A stretch of 64,000 nucleotides of DNA. Source: Eutreptiella sp. 'Long Island Sound 2002'. Its lineage: Eukaryota; Protista; Euglenida. Position numbers and translations under genes: made by a program. Shown piece after piece: positions 1 to 13,100 of the stretch (its first letter is position 1; every line of letters begins with the position of its first letter). Below the pieces are notes generated by a model. That model did not search any database, had not been told where the DNA came from, and saw only the letters and a program-made list of their open reading frames with translations. Location: NCBI GenBank assembly GCA_964036045.1, contig OZ038378.1:3038001-3102000 (forward strand), written 5' to 3'.

Positions 1-3000
1 CGTTGCTGCATGAGAGCAGCATAGTCCTCCTCCTCATCCTCGGAATCCTCATCGGAATCCTCTGCCAGGAGGTCCTTGAGCTTGTTTTTCTTGGATTTGT
101 CCTTCTCCACTTCGTCATCGTCGTCATCGTCATCTTGGTCGTCCTCCTACAGCAAACAAAAAGTGCACTTGATCTGGGCCCCGCGGGTCAACAATGGGTT
201 GGTTGAATTGACGCCAGGATGCTACCCTGTGAATCATTGGTAGGCTGGAGACGCGAAAAGCCACCTGCCACCGAGTGCGCTCTGTTGCAGTAGTCGCTGA
301 ATACCCCACCCCAGCATCTCTTGGGCAGCACGTGCCCATCAGTCGAGGATCGGGTGCACAACAACGCCCCATGCGCGAAATTTTGGCCCGTCCGTTGATC
401 ACGAGGCCCCGAGCATACTCTACTCGTCATCCTGGAGGAAGTCGGATCCCCTGCCTTCTTGTTCCTGTCCTTGCTCGTGCCCTGTGTGCTCTCTGCACCC
501 CCCTCCCTCGCAGGCTCTGGCTACCCCTCCGCTCGTCATGCGGCAAGTGGAACGCACGTCCAAATGGGCCCAAACGGGCGGCCGCGTCGCGCTTGGCCGC
601 CAGAACACAATGCAATCCGGCGGCCGGACCACGGGCAAATGTTCCTCGCCAAGCCCAGGGGACTGACAGAGCCTTGCAAGGAACACTGCACCCGTGGCCT
701 GACCAGGGCGGTCCTTAACGGAAAAAAAAAAAGTGTTCCGTTGCACAGTTTTCCCAAAGCAGCCCACGGGCACTCCATGTGTTCAACCATGGTCCGTGGT
801 GGTTAACCGCCACCAACTGCCAGCGGTGACCAACCGCCAACCGCCAACCACTGCCGAACCGCCACCAACCACCAATCACCAACCACCAACCGCCGCCAAC
901 CACCACCAATCGCCACCAACCGCCAGTTGCCAACTGCCAACCACCAATCGCCGCCAAAGGCCAACCGCCAACCGCCATGGCGGTGGTTGGTGGTTGGCGG
1001 TTGGTGGCGGTTGGCGGTTGGTGGGAGTTGGCAGTTGGCGGTTGGTGGTCCCTTGGGGCGGTCCTTAAGGGCGGTCCTTAACAAAAATGTGGTTCCTTAA
1101 GGACCGCCCTGGGCCTGACTGCCCCAGAAGGGGCATCAGCGGGTCAGCCTTGCACTACCCGGCCCCGGAGGGCGGCGAAGGGGGGGTTGAGACCCAATTA
1201 AAAAACAGACAAACTGTGATTGTCTGACTAAATGTAGGCAGACATGATGTTCTGTTTCTTGTTTCAGACACAGTGTGTGTCTTGAGGTTTAACCAGGTCT
1301 GGCACAGAGAATACAGCTGCACCCATGCGTTATTGTGGAGTGCATTGCCTCTGGTTTGCATTTAGTAGCTGTCAGTCAGACATCAGCAATCAGTGTCGGA
1401 TAAGGAAACCATGCATTACCGGCATGGCCGGCAAGCGGCGGGAAGCTGGCGGCAAAGGGGGTGGGCCTCAAATGGTCAGGTTGCAATGTCCGCATTAGGC
1501 TCTGGCCGCGCCTGCCCCACGGCTGTCATCTCCATCATGCCGTAGCACGGCGCGTTCACAGTGCGAGTTGTGATGAAAAGTTCAGCCCTCGTCTCTGCTT
1601 CCGCTATACTTACGGGCATGGGGGGGGGGGGAGGCTCAAGCACCATTCGGCCACATACAACATCTATGTACAGCCCGTTAGTCAACCAGCGAAGGCCCCT
1701 TGCGGGCACAGTGTGTGTTTGTGGGGGGAGCTCAAATGTGGAGTAGTAAAAGTTGGCACTTCTGGTGTAACGCGCTTGGGTGTGTTCTGTGGAGGCACCC
1801 CCCCCTGGGGGGCTGTAGACGGCCGATGCTGTTGCGGTGGATTTTTTCCACTGCTCGCCGCTTGCCATGACCGCTAAGTAAGTCTGCCGGTTGGTACTTG
1901 CAGGTGTGCACAGTTGGCAGGGGGGGGGGGGGGCTTTTATGAGTGATCACCGTATGCTTGTGCCGCCATTGCGCAATACCCTGCAGTCGCTGACAGGCTT
2001 CACATGCAGTCATTCCCAGACCGTGAACGTTGGAGGGTGGTCTCCCCCACATCTGACATGGGAATTGCACCACAGGGCCCGGGGTCAGGGATGGAATAGA
2101 AGAGAACGGAGGCGGCCCCAGAGGCGGCTAGATAGGCGGTTGCGGGAGGTTGCCCAAGCGGTTGGGGGCGGTTACTGTGGGTTGAAAAATGCTGTTAAGG
2201 CTGGCACTTGGCGTCAGGGAGACAGTGGCTGGGCGTAGGCTGGGCGCCCTAGAGGGGGGGGGGGGGTTGGCACAAGGCCTCGGTATGAGGTTGTTTGCCT
2301 TTGGCGGTACCTATTGGCCTCTCGCCAGCCACTGCTCCTCCTGACCCTCTGTGGGTCCGAACGTGTTTTGGTTGTGTCAAAGGGTCCCCCCCTGCCTATG
2401 CACCCCTGCCACAGGGTTCCCGGATCACCAAGCGTCGGAGAGTCAGTGCCCTGTGGTTCCAGGCATGTTGCCCGGGGTGTTGCTTGTGGAGCGTGCCCAT
2501 ATGCACATGCTTTCCGGGGGGCCTGGGAGGCCGGTGTGGGGTGCTTTGCAGCGTCTGCGACCCCCCTCACCTCCCCTGGCCCAGCGCAACCGGTCGCTGG
2601 GACGCCCCCAAAGAGGCGGTCCCCTGAACGCGGAGGAAGCCTACCAAAGATTCCACCCACACCGTCGCTTAGCTCACATTGATTAGATTGCCCCCCTTCT
2701 GAATTCCGTCTTTGGGTCACAGGGACACCCCTTAGATCTGGGGCCTCGGGGTGACACTGCAACACAGCGACCAGTGCCAACCAAAAGTGGCAATCCTGTT
2801 TCACGCAACCAAGAGCTACGGGATTGCAACGAACGAGGGAGTTCGGGGGACCCCTTCGGTCTGTGGTTCTACCACCTCCACGCGGTGAGCAACTTGCCGG
2901 GTGTTGTAATAATCAGAGAACGGTGTCCCTCACTCCACAACAACTGCCGCCGTACTTGTTGAACCCCATTGCTGAAGCGGACATCCAAGCCACTCCGCCA

Positions 3001-6000
3001 GGATGTACATGTGTGGTGTGGATCTCAGAAATGGGTGTCCCAGGACGCGTCTCATGTAGTGGCGGTGTGATGAGAATACGAGAGGGGGCGGAAGGGGAGG
3101 GGGTAATGGGGTAAGGGAGAGTGCGGGGGGAACGGACGGAGGGCAAGGGCATGAAAAAATCCAGCGAACAGCTTTGTTCCCAACCGCCTGTGGTTGGCCC
3201 CCATGGCACATGCACCGGCTGCCAAGATGAGCCTCACATCACTGCCACAATCAAATAATCAACGCAACGACGTGGTATGAGCATTTAAATGCATGCAGGC
3301 AAGCTGAACATACTGCAGCACGACCTCCGCCCCCGCCTTTGGCTTTTGCTTTGCCTTTGCCTTTCTTCCCTCTGCCACGGCCCCCATCATCACTGTCGTC
3401 GTCGTCACTGCAAGCAGACAGTGGAACCGTGGGGCTTCCTTTTACGCATGGCACGGTATTGGATATTGAAGCTTCGAAGCCGTAAACGGTCACCACATCA
3501 CCCTGAATTCTTTCTGTTCTGTTCCAGGATGCCACAAAAAGAGTGCATTACTGGTGTTGTGCTCTGGGAGGGGTCTGCCCCCACAATTACGCTGCTGAAT
3601 ATCCACTGAGTTCGCTCAACTCGTCCGTTGCTGTGACTCCATCACAGGGTGGGTGGAGGGTTCCAGACAAGAGGAAATGAATTTCATCCCCTCAGCCAGT
3701 TGGCGAGCAGATTTTTTTCCAGCATCACAAATTCTATTGCCTATCGGCAAGGCACCTCGAAGAGGGAGGGGGCACAGTCAGTCCATCAGTCACGAAATCA
3801 CTCAGAAGCCCTGGTCCCCCGTGCAAACACCCAAATAGGGTGAAAAACGGCGCATAAGCTGCAGCATCACCTCGGGCGGGCCGAAAGGCCAGCGCACACG
3901 TGGCCTCCCAAGGGGAGGAGGGAGCGACACCGCTCCAGGGGGGCCCCGCATAGCAGTGTGCCCGCCACTAGGTGGCGCTCGACCAGACCTGCCGCGGACA
4001 TTCGTCTTTTAGCGTCCACTGGATTATGTACATAGGCAAAGGGGCGGGGAGGTAGGCCGAGTCGAGTCCAAGCGCCCGTGGCCTCCCCTACAAGCCCCCC
4101 GCCTGCGCCTGCACGGCAACCAGGAGGGACGAGCTGGAGGGGACTAGGTCTCTTCCGTGCTTGCCCTGCCGTGCTGCCGCCGCTGCGGCAGTGTGGACTA
4201 GGGTGACGAAGGCACTGAGGGCGCGTCCGCCACTGGGTCAGAGGAGCCCCCCCTCGCGTCGCCGGCTGCGGAGCGGGGGGGGTGCACGCGGAGCATGTCC
4301 GCTATGGACCTAGTGGCCTTCGGCTGGGGACGCCTACGTGCCCGGGGCGGGGCTCAACGCCGCGGCACGGCGCAGCTGCTTAGGGCCGCTGAGATGCGGG
4401 TGATAAAATCAGGAGCGACGCCGTTGGCGCAGCTGCCGGCCGGGGGGGGGGGGGGGTTGCTCTTCTGGGGAGGGGGGGGTGGGGGAGCCCCGCGACGCAA
4501 GAAGCGCCCCTATCGGGTCGGCAGAAATCTCGGCACTCGCCGGCGCCGGCCCGGAGTTGTCGTCTCCCGCAGCTCGCAGGGGGGAGAACGGGTCAGCATC
4601 CCCCCCTCCCGGACATGCCGGCCCCACCCTCACCCCCCCGCCCCCCCGGTCAACCAGGAGGTCAGGTTTGGGGCATTTCGGGGGTCTGGAGTCGTCGGGC
4701 CCCAAGGCCGAGGGGGGCGTGCGCCAAGCGCCCTGGGGGGGTGGGGGGGGCGTGCACCGGCGGGATGCCGGGGGGCCCGAGGCTGGGAGGGCTTGGGAGG
4801 CGGGGCGGGCCCAGCCGAGCCAGGAGGATAGCGCCGCCGCCCCAGCGCGCCGGTCCTCGGGCACGAGCACCTAGCGGCCCGGTGCGACCCGGGGCGGGGC
4901 CCTCAGGCAACGCAGGCCTGCCGCGGGTCGGCGTGCCCCTCGTGTCCGGCACGGCAGCAGCGGCTGATGCCCCAGCCCAGGCTTCTGCACCTGGGGCACG
5001 ATGGTGCCCCATGCTCCAAGCAGAGCGCGCCGAGTGCCACTGCCCGCACCCGGCGGGCGGCTGCGCTGCGGAGCCGCAAGCGGGATGCTCCTGGGCGGCG
5101 CCCGCGGGTGCCTCCTGGCATACGGCAAGAGGGGCGGCCCCCCCTCGAGGGGGCGGGGGTAGTAGTCCATGAGAAAACGGTCACCTAGTGGCGGCCGCAT
5201 GCGGGCCGGCGCCCGCAGGCACCGGACCCACGAGTCCCGGCAGTGCTCCCCCAGCGGCAGGCGCGTACCCCGCAGTCGGTGATCCGGGGAGGCCGGGAGC
5301 GCCCGCCCCGCAAAGGCCTCGTAGTCCAGGGCCAGCTCAGCCCAAGAGACTTCCGCCGGCCCCAGCATCCAAGCCAGCGCCCTTGCCCACCTGACCAAGT
5401 CCTGGACGAAGTCCTGGGGCTACCGCCAGCCCGGTGGGGCCCCCAGCCGGAGGCGCGCCTGGCCGCGGATCGCATCCCCTGGGAGGGGGCCGACAAAGTC
5501 GTCCCAGGGGAAGGGGTTGCGGGGCCGCAGCCGCGGCTGGTCCGGTAACAAGGAGTCCCCGTGGCCCGCCTGGTCCCCGCGGCTCGCGGCCATGCGGGCG
5601 GCGAGGACCGCCAGGTACATGCCGTACAGGCAGCACAGGAACTCGTCCAGGAGTTCCCGCTCCACCTCCTGCGCCAGCCGGAGGGGGAAGAGGCCCGCCC
5701 TCCGCAGGCAGGCCGGCCACTGGTCCGGCGGCCCTAGCTGAGCGATGGCCGCCGCCGCGTCACGCAGCCAGGGACGCCATGTCCCTCTGGCCTGCTCCCA
5801 CTCCGGGCAGTCCCACACGACGTGGACCTCGTCCTTGTGCACCGCACCGCAATGGGGGCACACGGAGTTGGTCCGCATGCCGTGGCCCGACACCCTCGCT
5901 GCCGTCCACAGGGCTCCAGCCATGAGGCCGCGCAGCAACGACTTCTCCAGCTCAGTGGAGGCGACGCGCAGTGCCGCACGGCAGGCCGGGCCATCTGCCC

Positions 6001-8226
6001 CGTCGCCCAACCCCCCGAAGGTGACCGGGCGTCGCGCCTCTAGCTGGCGCGAGGAATGGCAGCGAAGGCTGCCCCGCACCCGGTGTTGGCCCTAGCTAGG
6101 GGCTCTTGCACGAAGTGCAGCGGGTGCTCTTGCCCCGGGATGTCCTAGCACCACCAGCCCTCACGTGGGCTCCACCCCACAGTGGCCGCCGTTTGGAGCG
6201 CGCGCCCCACCGGGCCCGTCCCGGGCGGGCAGCCGCCCGACTCCCAGATGGCCTGGGCGAAAACCTGGGTGACCCCCGGTCGCCGGGCCACCCAGAGTAG
6301 CTGCTCGTACCGCGTGTGCATCACCGGGGAGATGCAGTGTCCTTTGGACAGGACCGAGAAGACAATCTCCTTGGCCCGGGACAGGCGCGTAGCTCCCCAC
6401 AGGGCCCGCACGAACGCGGTCCCCAGTCCCCGCAAGTCGGGGTCCGTCACCGAGGCGACGGCCACTCCATGGAGCGCCAGCGGGTGACTAGCGTGCTGAT
6501 TGCCCGCTCCCGGCGGTCGTAGGTGGAGAGATGGGGGAGGCGGCGGAGAGCGCTCCGGCCCGCCTCCAAGCGCCAGGACAACACCGGCCCCGTAATCCTG
6601 GAGCCCCCAATGGCGACGTCGACGCCAAGTTGGCGGAAGGTTTCCACCAGCGGGATCGGGACACCCCGGAGTAGGACCGCCGGGGCGCCCTGTTCCCCCT
6701 GGACCCAGGAGCAGGACTTGTCCACGCGTACGTTTTGGCCCGTGACTTGCAGCCACTCCTCCGTCGTGGGGGCCATCCCCTGCAGGGAGGCCGCGCCCAG
6801 GGCCACCGCCTGGGTGTCGTCCGCATAGCCCGATGATCCCAGCGCGACGTAGCCGGGACCCGCGTCCTTGAGGGGGAGTGGGGCCCCCGCCTCCAGGTCG
6901 GCTGCCGCGTCCTCGTCCATAATGGGGTGGAGGGCTGCCGTCCGCGCGCACACCTGGCAACGTAGGGAGTCCACCTCCCACTTCCAGATGGTGGTGAGGA
7001 CATTCACCAAGATCACCGACAGGGGGCAGCCCTGGAGGATGCCATTGGTGGCTTGCCACCATCGGCCGAGGGCCCCGGCGACCTTGAAGGCCCAGCTTGG
7101 ATTTGGCAAGGGCACCACCTAGGCTCTAGGATGGCTAGATTGGGGGAGGATCCAAGGCGTTTGGACGGAGCAATGGTCAAAGGGAAACGTGAAGTGCTTG
7201 CTCGTTGCTTGTTGTTGTTAGCTAAATTTAAGGGGAGAGGGGCGTAGTAATATGTAACCCTTACAGTCTCCAGGTGCCTAAAGCAAGGAGGCATCAAAAT
7301 GGCAACCAAGTGCTCCTTGTTTTCTCAAGGTCTCCTAAACACAGAGATGTGCAGCCTCGGCCTTCTCAATGTCTATGGAGCAGGGCGAATTCAAAATGAC
7401 TCCATAAACCTTGCCTTCTCAAGTCCCCTAGAGCGGGTACCTCTCGGCCCCGAACCAAACTTCCCCATTGGAAGAAAGGGTTGGCGGCGGTGGGAGAGAT
7501 GGCACGCCGCCCATGCGGTAGACCGGGGCTTAGAGGCCAGGGTTTGGTGGTCTTGAAGGCGGACTGGACAACCTACCCCCCTCTCCCCCTCAGTTGCCAT
7601 GAAGCGGTGACTGACAGCCTCTGACATGGAGGCTTTCGAGAGCTAAGTATTCGTTGCTTCTTGGCCCCCGGTTGCCACGAAACGCCGTGGTTTCCCCAGA
7701 CGAATGCTACCAAAGGCCGTACTTTACCCCTTGCAATTACTCATAAAGCCCGTAGTCTTCCCTTCCAATTACTATGAACGGTGGTAGCCCCCTGGTAGCC
7801 CCCGTGTCTTGTTACACGTTGGTGCACGCAACAAAGCCAACGTGTTGGAGAGCGGCACATCCACGTGGGCATATAGCCTGTTGTCAAGGCAGCAAGGGGC
7901 ACATGCATTGCACTGTTGTGCATAAAGGACGATGTGGTCCAAATGGCAATTGAGGCCGTGAAGCACCCCCTTGCGCTGGCACATACCCCCCCCCCCCTTG
8001 CGCAAGCACCAGCCAGGTCAGGAAAGTGATGGTCAGACCGGGTCATGGTGCGTAGACAAGGCGGTGCTTGCGCAAAGGGGGGGGGGGGGTACATTGATCC
8101 CTGCCCAATTTTGTTGACAAGGGTCACCAGCGTCACTTGGCGTCCGGAAGACCCATCTTTTGCATCAAGCCGGGGTTACCGGACTCATCCCACTCTTGAC
8201 CCAGGGGCTCAACACAGCAAGAGCAA

Positions 8227-8276
<50 letters not shown>

Positions 8277-10111
8277 GGAGGGAGGGAGGGAGGGAGAGGC
8301 GGTCGTGGCCAAATTCGCGTTAGCCCCGTTTGGCCTGAAAATGATTGCTGCGGGGGGGAACAGGAACAAGGAGCGGCTTTCATCACCGTCACGGCTGCTA
8401 TGGGAACTGTCATTGAGTGATTGGGTTCATGCACGAATTGGGGAGGCACGCCACTATCCTCAGTGCTGCAAACTGAGCCACCAGAGCCGAGAGAGCCCAC
8501 CATCCCGGCTTCAGCCCCAGCTCTATCCTCCCCTAGAAGCCCCCCAACAAAAAAGCAGACCAGAATCAAACCCAAACCGCTCTGCCCCACAAGTGTGTGG
8601 GTCAATGTGCTGCATGCAACAATTTTTGCACCGCAAAGCATGGCGGTGTGCCTGGCAGCACAATGCGAACCTCAACCTCATCCCCTCCATCATCTTGCGT
8701 GGCAGTTGAGTTGCTTGCATCAATGGTCTTCCAAGACATGAGCAGGAACACTTTCCCCTGGTCCAAAACTGTTTTTGAGTACATAACCCCTGCCTTCTCT
8801 GAGTTCCCAGAGTGCGGAGGAATCAAACTGGCCATGTAACTTGTGCCTTCTCGGGGTCCATGGGGTGGGGAAGCCTTGGACAGCGCTTGGGAGAGCGCTG
8901 GTCTGGGGCATTCTGGCCTAAAAAAAATTGGCCACCGTGTCTTGGTGCGCTAACGTTCCTCCTACCCCCGCCAGTATTGTTGCTCTTCAAACGGCTTATC
9001 CTTGCAACCCTTGCTCTTGTACGCCCCCTTGCGAGACAACTCTTGGTCACGAAACCACTGCTGTAGGGCCGTGCGAGCCAAGGTCTGATCCCTCTAAAGT
9101 GGCTTGCTGACAAATCCCGGCAGCGCAGACTTCCATTTGTATGATACGCCTTCTACCATTGCCAGTGGAATGCCAGACATCGAGCACAGGGGCATGGCAA
9201 GGTGTGTTTTGATGTGCTTGGACATTTCCGTGTCAGAATAGGAATCAAAGTGGGGGCATAACCCCTCCTTCATGGGGTCCCAAAGTGGAGAGGACTCAAA
9301 ATGACTCCATAAACCCTCCCTTCTCAGGGTCCCCAAAATGGGGAGGTGTCAAAATGGCTACACAAAGCCTGCCTTCTCGGGTCTATGGAACAGGGAGGAA
9401 TCAAAATGGCTACATGAACCCTGCCTTCTCAGGGTCTCTAGAGCACGGAGGAATCAAAATGGCTACATACCCCTACCCTCTTGGGGTCCCCAATTTGGGG
9501 GAGGAATCAAAAATTGTCCATAGCCCCTGTCGTCTTGGGGTTCCTAGGAAATCCCACCAGCTTCCTCGCCAAAAAAGCGTTTTCACTAGAGGGGAAACCC
9601 CTGTAAAAAATCTACTAGGCAATGAAAATCAGTAACAAAGAAAACAATTCTGGCAACTGAGTAAAATAAAAAACAATTCTTTACTCAGCAAAATAACTCA
9701 ATTGAAGGGTGAGTCATAAAAAAATTTGTACTCAGTAAAAAACTCCAGTAAAAAAAAAAAGCAAGATAGTGTAAAACTGAGTCAAAACTGATGAAATTTT
9801 TTGTCATTCACTTAGTAGAAAGACTGAGTAAAAAATCCTGTTGCACAAAAAAAAAACACTCTTTACTTGACTTATTTTTATTGCGCACGCACACATACAC
9901 ACTGCGTTAAGGGGACCAAGAGCACCAACCCACTGAAGATTGCAGACAGGCAGACACAGGTCAAAACAACTTGTCAGGCCACAATTATGCAAAAGTCATG
10001 GTTGGCATTGAGGCGGTGCCTTTCTGAGGGACGGAGTGACGGGAGGCACGTTCTCATCTACAATTATTTTCCTTGCAGCATTGCTTACATGCCCCTGGTC
10101 TGGCAAGGGAA

Positions 10112-10161
<50 letters not shown>

Positions 10162-13100
10162 CGTGAGGTGACCAAAGAACCAAGCACAAACCCACCGTGG
10201 ATCGATAGGCAGGCAGGGCAGGGCACTGGTCGTCAACAACGCGTCACGCCAATCAAAACAAAGCAGTCATGGTTGTTTGAAGGCTAGGCGCCTTTCTGAT
10301 GTGATGGGGAACACAGGAGTGCAGTGTGCATCAACGGTAGTATCATGTCAGAGCCAATTGCGCACACTGTCCGCATCATTTTAGGACGGGGGTCAGGCAG
10401 GTCCCTAAATTTACTACTGCATGGTCGCTGAGGATGGGGATAGGGTAGAAGGGAACATTGGTGTTTTTTCTTTGTATTGGAGCACCGCGCCAGCGCAGCA
10501 TCACACACACACATGCCCTGCTAGCACAGTGTCCGCCCAATGTTGAAAGAGAGTGGCGTGGTCGGTGCACCAGTCTCCTGTAGCACCATCAACAGATACA
10601 TGATGGGGAAGGCTCCATGAGGCATAGGACTGGTGTGCCAACACTCTATGGTGTTTAACCCATAGAGCTTGATGGAGGTGGCAACAGCGGGGTTGGGGAA
10701 CTCTGAGCACTACTTGGTGCATGTATGCCACGGTCCTCGTATGATCGTGATCCGAGGTTGCATAGCTATGAACTATAGCGCTTGCATGGCTTGCCTAGTA
10801 TCCCGCTGTGAGTAACCACTGAGGACTGCCACTTGGCACCACGCTGCTACGCTGAGGAGTTGTACCAGGTGACTTTTAGCCCAAGGTTGAGAATTTGAGA
10901 GTACTCTAGTGAAAATTCTGTGGAGGTACTTGGGATGCGCACTGCGAGGGGAAATCAGCGGTGGACCCAACTTCAGTTCCCATTGTGGAGTGAGAGAGCT
11001 TGGTTGGATATATGCTGTTGCCGACCCTTCTATTGACAAAACCAGACTATACCCCATTGCCACTGTCGACGTGCTGAGGCATGTAGCACGACATATGTCA
11101 TCACATGGGCACAATACCCTTAGGCTCCAAGCGGACTGAAGGATAGAGAGGACACGTTTGACAACACCAATGGTTGGGTGGTCTAGAAAAGAGGTTGCCA
11201 TCAGAATATTGTCCCTAAATTGGCACAATGTTACATTTCCCCACCGTGTCTCCCAGAAGACAAAACCCGACTCACTGATGTGAAGCTGGCCCAGGTCTCT
11301 GAACTTGCCTCTGTGCTGGTTAACTTGCCACTAGCAGTGGAGATCTGCCGATTGGGCGGAAAAACTTCCCCCCATCGGGATGCAACCGGTGCAGCGCCAT
11401 ATAGATCCCGCTGACTGGACGTAGTTGTTGTGTTAGAGCTCAAATTTCACTTTCATAATCAGCTCATCGTTGGTTAGAAACCAAAATTTCCCCGATTTGG
11501 TGTGCCCTGCCCTGTCCAATCTTTTCGAATCTCGATGTAAGCTCCAAAAAATTTCCTGGTTGCGCCATCAGCGCCGCTTGGCAATCCAGTCAGTACTCTG
11601 GGTGAGGTGGGAGGCAACTTGGGAGGGGGGTACATGGTTGAATTGGTCTTTACAATCCAGCTCTACCAGGTACGTACACTGAATATTGTCCAGCCAATAA
11701 AACCAGTCGGCCACTCTATTAACCGAGTGGACCATGAAGTTCCCCGGGATTTCCTCAGCCAGCAACCGCAGAAGTGCAGTGGTGGCTCGTGCTGCCACTT
11801 TCGGAGCTCTTTTCGGTAGGAGGGGTTGGGGGACGGCAGCCATGGGTCTCCACAGCCACTGAGCCTTCAGCAGGCTTTTCGCCTTCCCTGTAAGATACAA
11901 GGTGGCCAGGCGTCCATTAGGATTATCTTCCCATCCATTGGCATGAATAGCCTTTCGGACAGTCGCCGCCACCGTCTCAGGCGCATTAGTACACTTGATG
12001 TACCCTTCTTTTTTCAGAAATTCCTCAAGAACCCCCCACATCCAGTGTTTGCAAAACCCCCACATGACCCCCACCCCCTTGTCTACAATACGTACTGTGA
12101 CTCACATATTCTCTGTGCCGTTGAGCGGGCCTCACGCAGTGTGGCTCCTGTCTCGGACCACAGGGAGTGTGGGAGCATGCGGTGTACATCAGGCACTTCT
12201 GCTGAGATTTGCTCTGCTACTGCCGCCAGGTCTTTGATAAGCTGCGACCTTACCTTACCACCAGGTACGGGCAGAGTGCCTTTTGGCAACCACCAGTGTT
12301 GCAGCTGCACGAGGCGTCTTGGAATTACTTTTCACTGCAAATGGACCGGCGGTGGCGTGCATTTCCTAACCTGAGCTTCCTGTTGATGGTAGACCTCTCG
12401 TGGATATTACTGGTGGAAAATGTTGCTGAGGCTGGAATGACCTTAGAACCAGTACATTTTGGGCGTGCAAAACGGAAACAGGGGCACAAACATGCATGTG
12501 CTGTGTGGATGCATGTTTACAACAGAGAGGCCATCCTTGTCGAAGCAAGGACCATGCAACATACAAACCTGAGGGCTGCAAGCAGGTCAAGGGTCTTTGC
12601 CTTCCTGCCTCCGGTCGGCTTATCATCGTCCGAGTCTTTGTCCTCTTTGGCAGCCTTCCCTTTGCCAGCCTTTTTGCCTGGAGCCTTTTTGGGTCCTGCA
12701 TCAAATGCAGCAGGTATCGATACCCCACTGCACAATACTGCATCTCTGCTTTGGCACACAGCGTCCGTGATCGACAGTCGTCGTTCTGCCAGGCTCCACC
12801 TGACCATTGTTGGTTTGACCTCTGCTTTGCTCGCCCCAGTCAAGTGAAATACTCTTGTTGTGATTTGGTTGGCGGGGGATAGCAGCATTTTGGGAATCGT
12901 GGAGCATTATGGCAAAATGTTGCGCATTGTCGAGGAGCTGGTCTCTCAGCTTGATTGCACAGGAAGAGACTCAGGAAAGCGACCTGTTGCTCTAGCAGAA
13001 TGATAAAGCAGAACAATTGCAGGAATTGAAACATGGTGCACACATCCAGGCCAAATTGCGCCCCTCTTGCAGTTGACCCACAAGCATCCACACGCAAATC

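Noticed and set aside
2266-2783. MITE with GGTTGGCAC/GTGCCAACC ends
   Set aside because: Only 9 bp and no TSD.
9240-9545. CRISPR-like array
   Set aside because: Units are degenerate along their whole length with no unique spacers; eukaryotic minisatellite, no cas genes.
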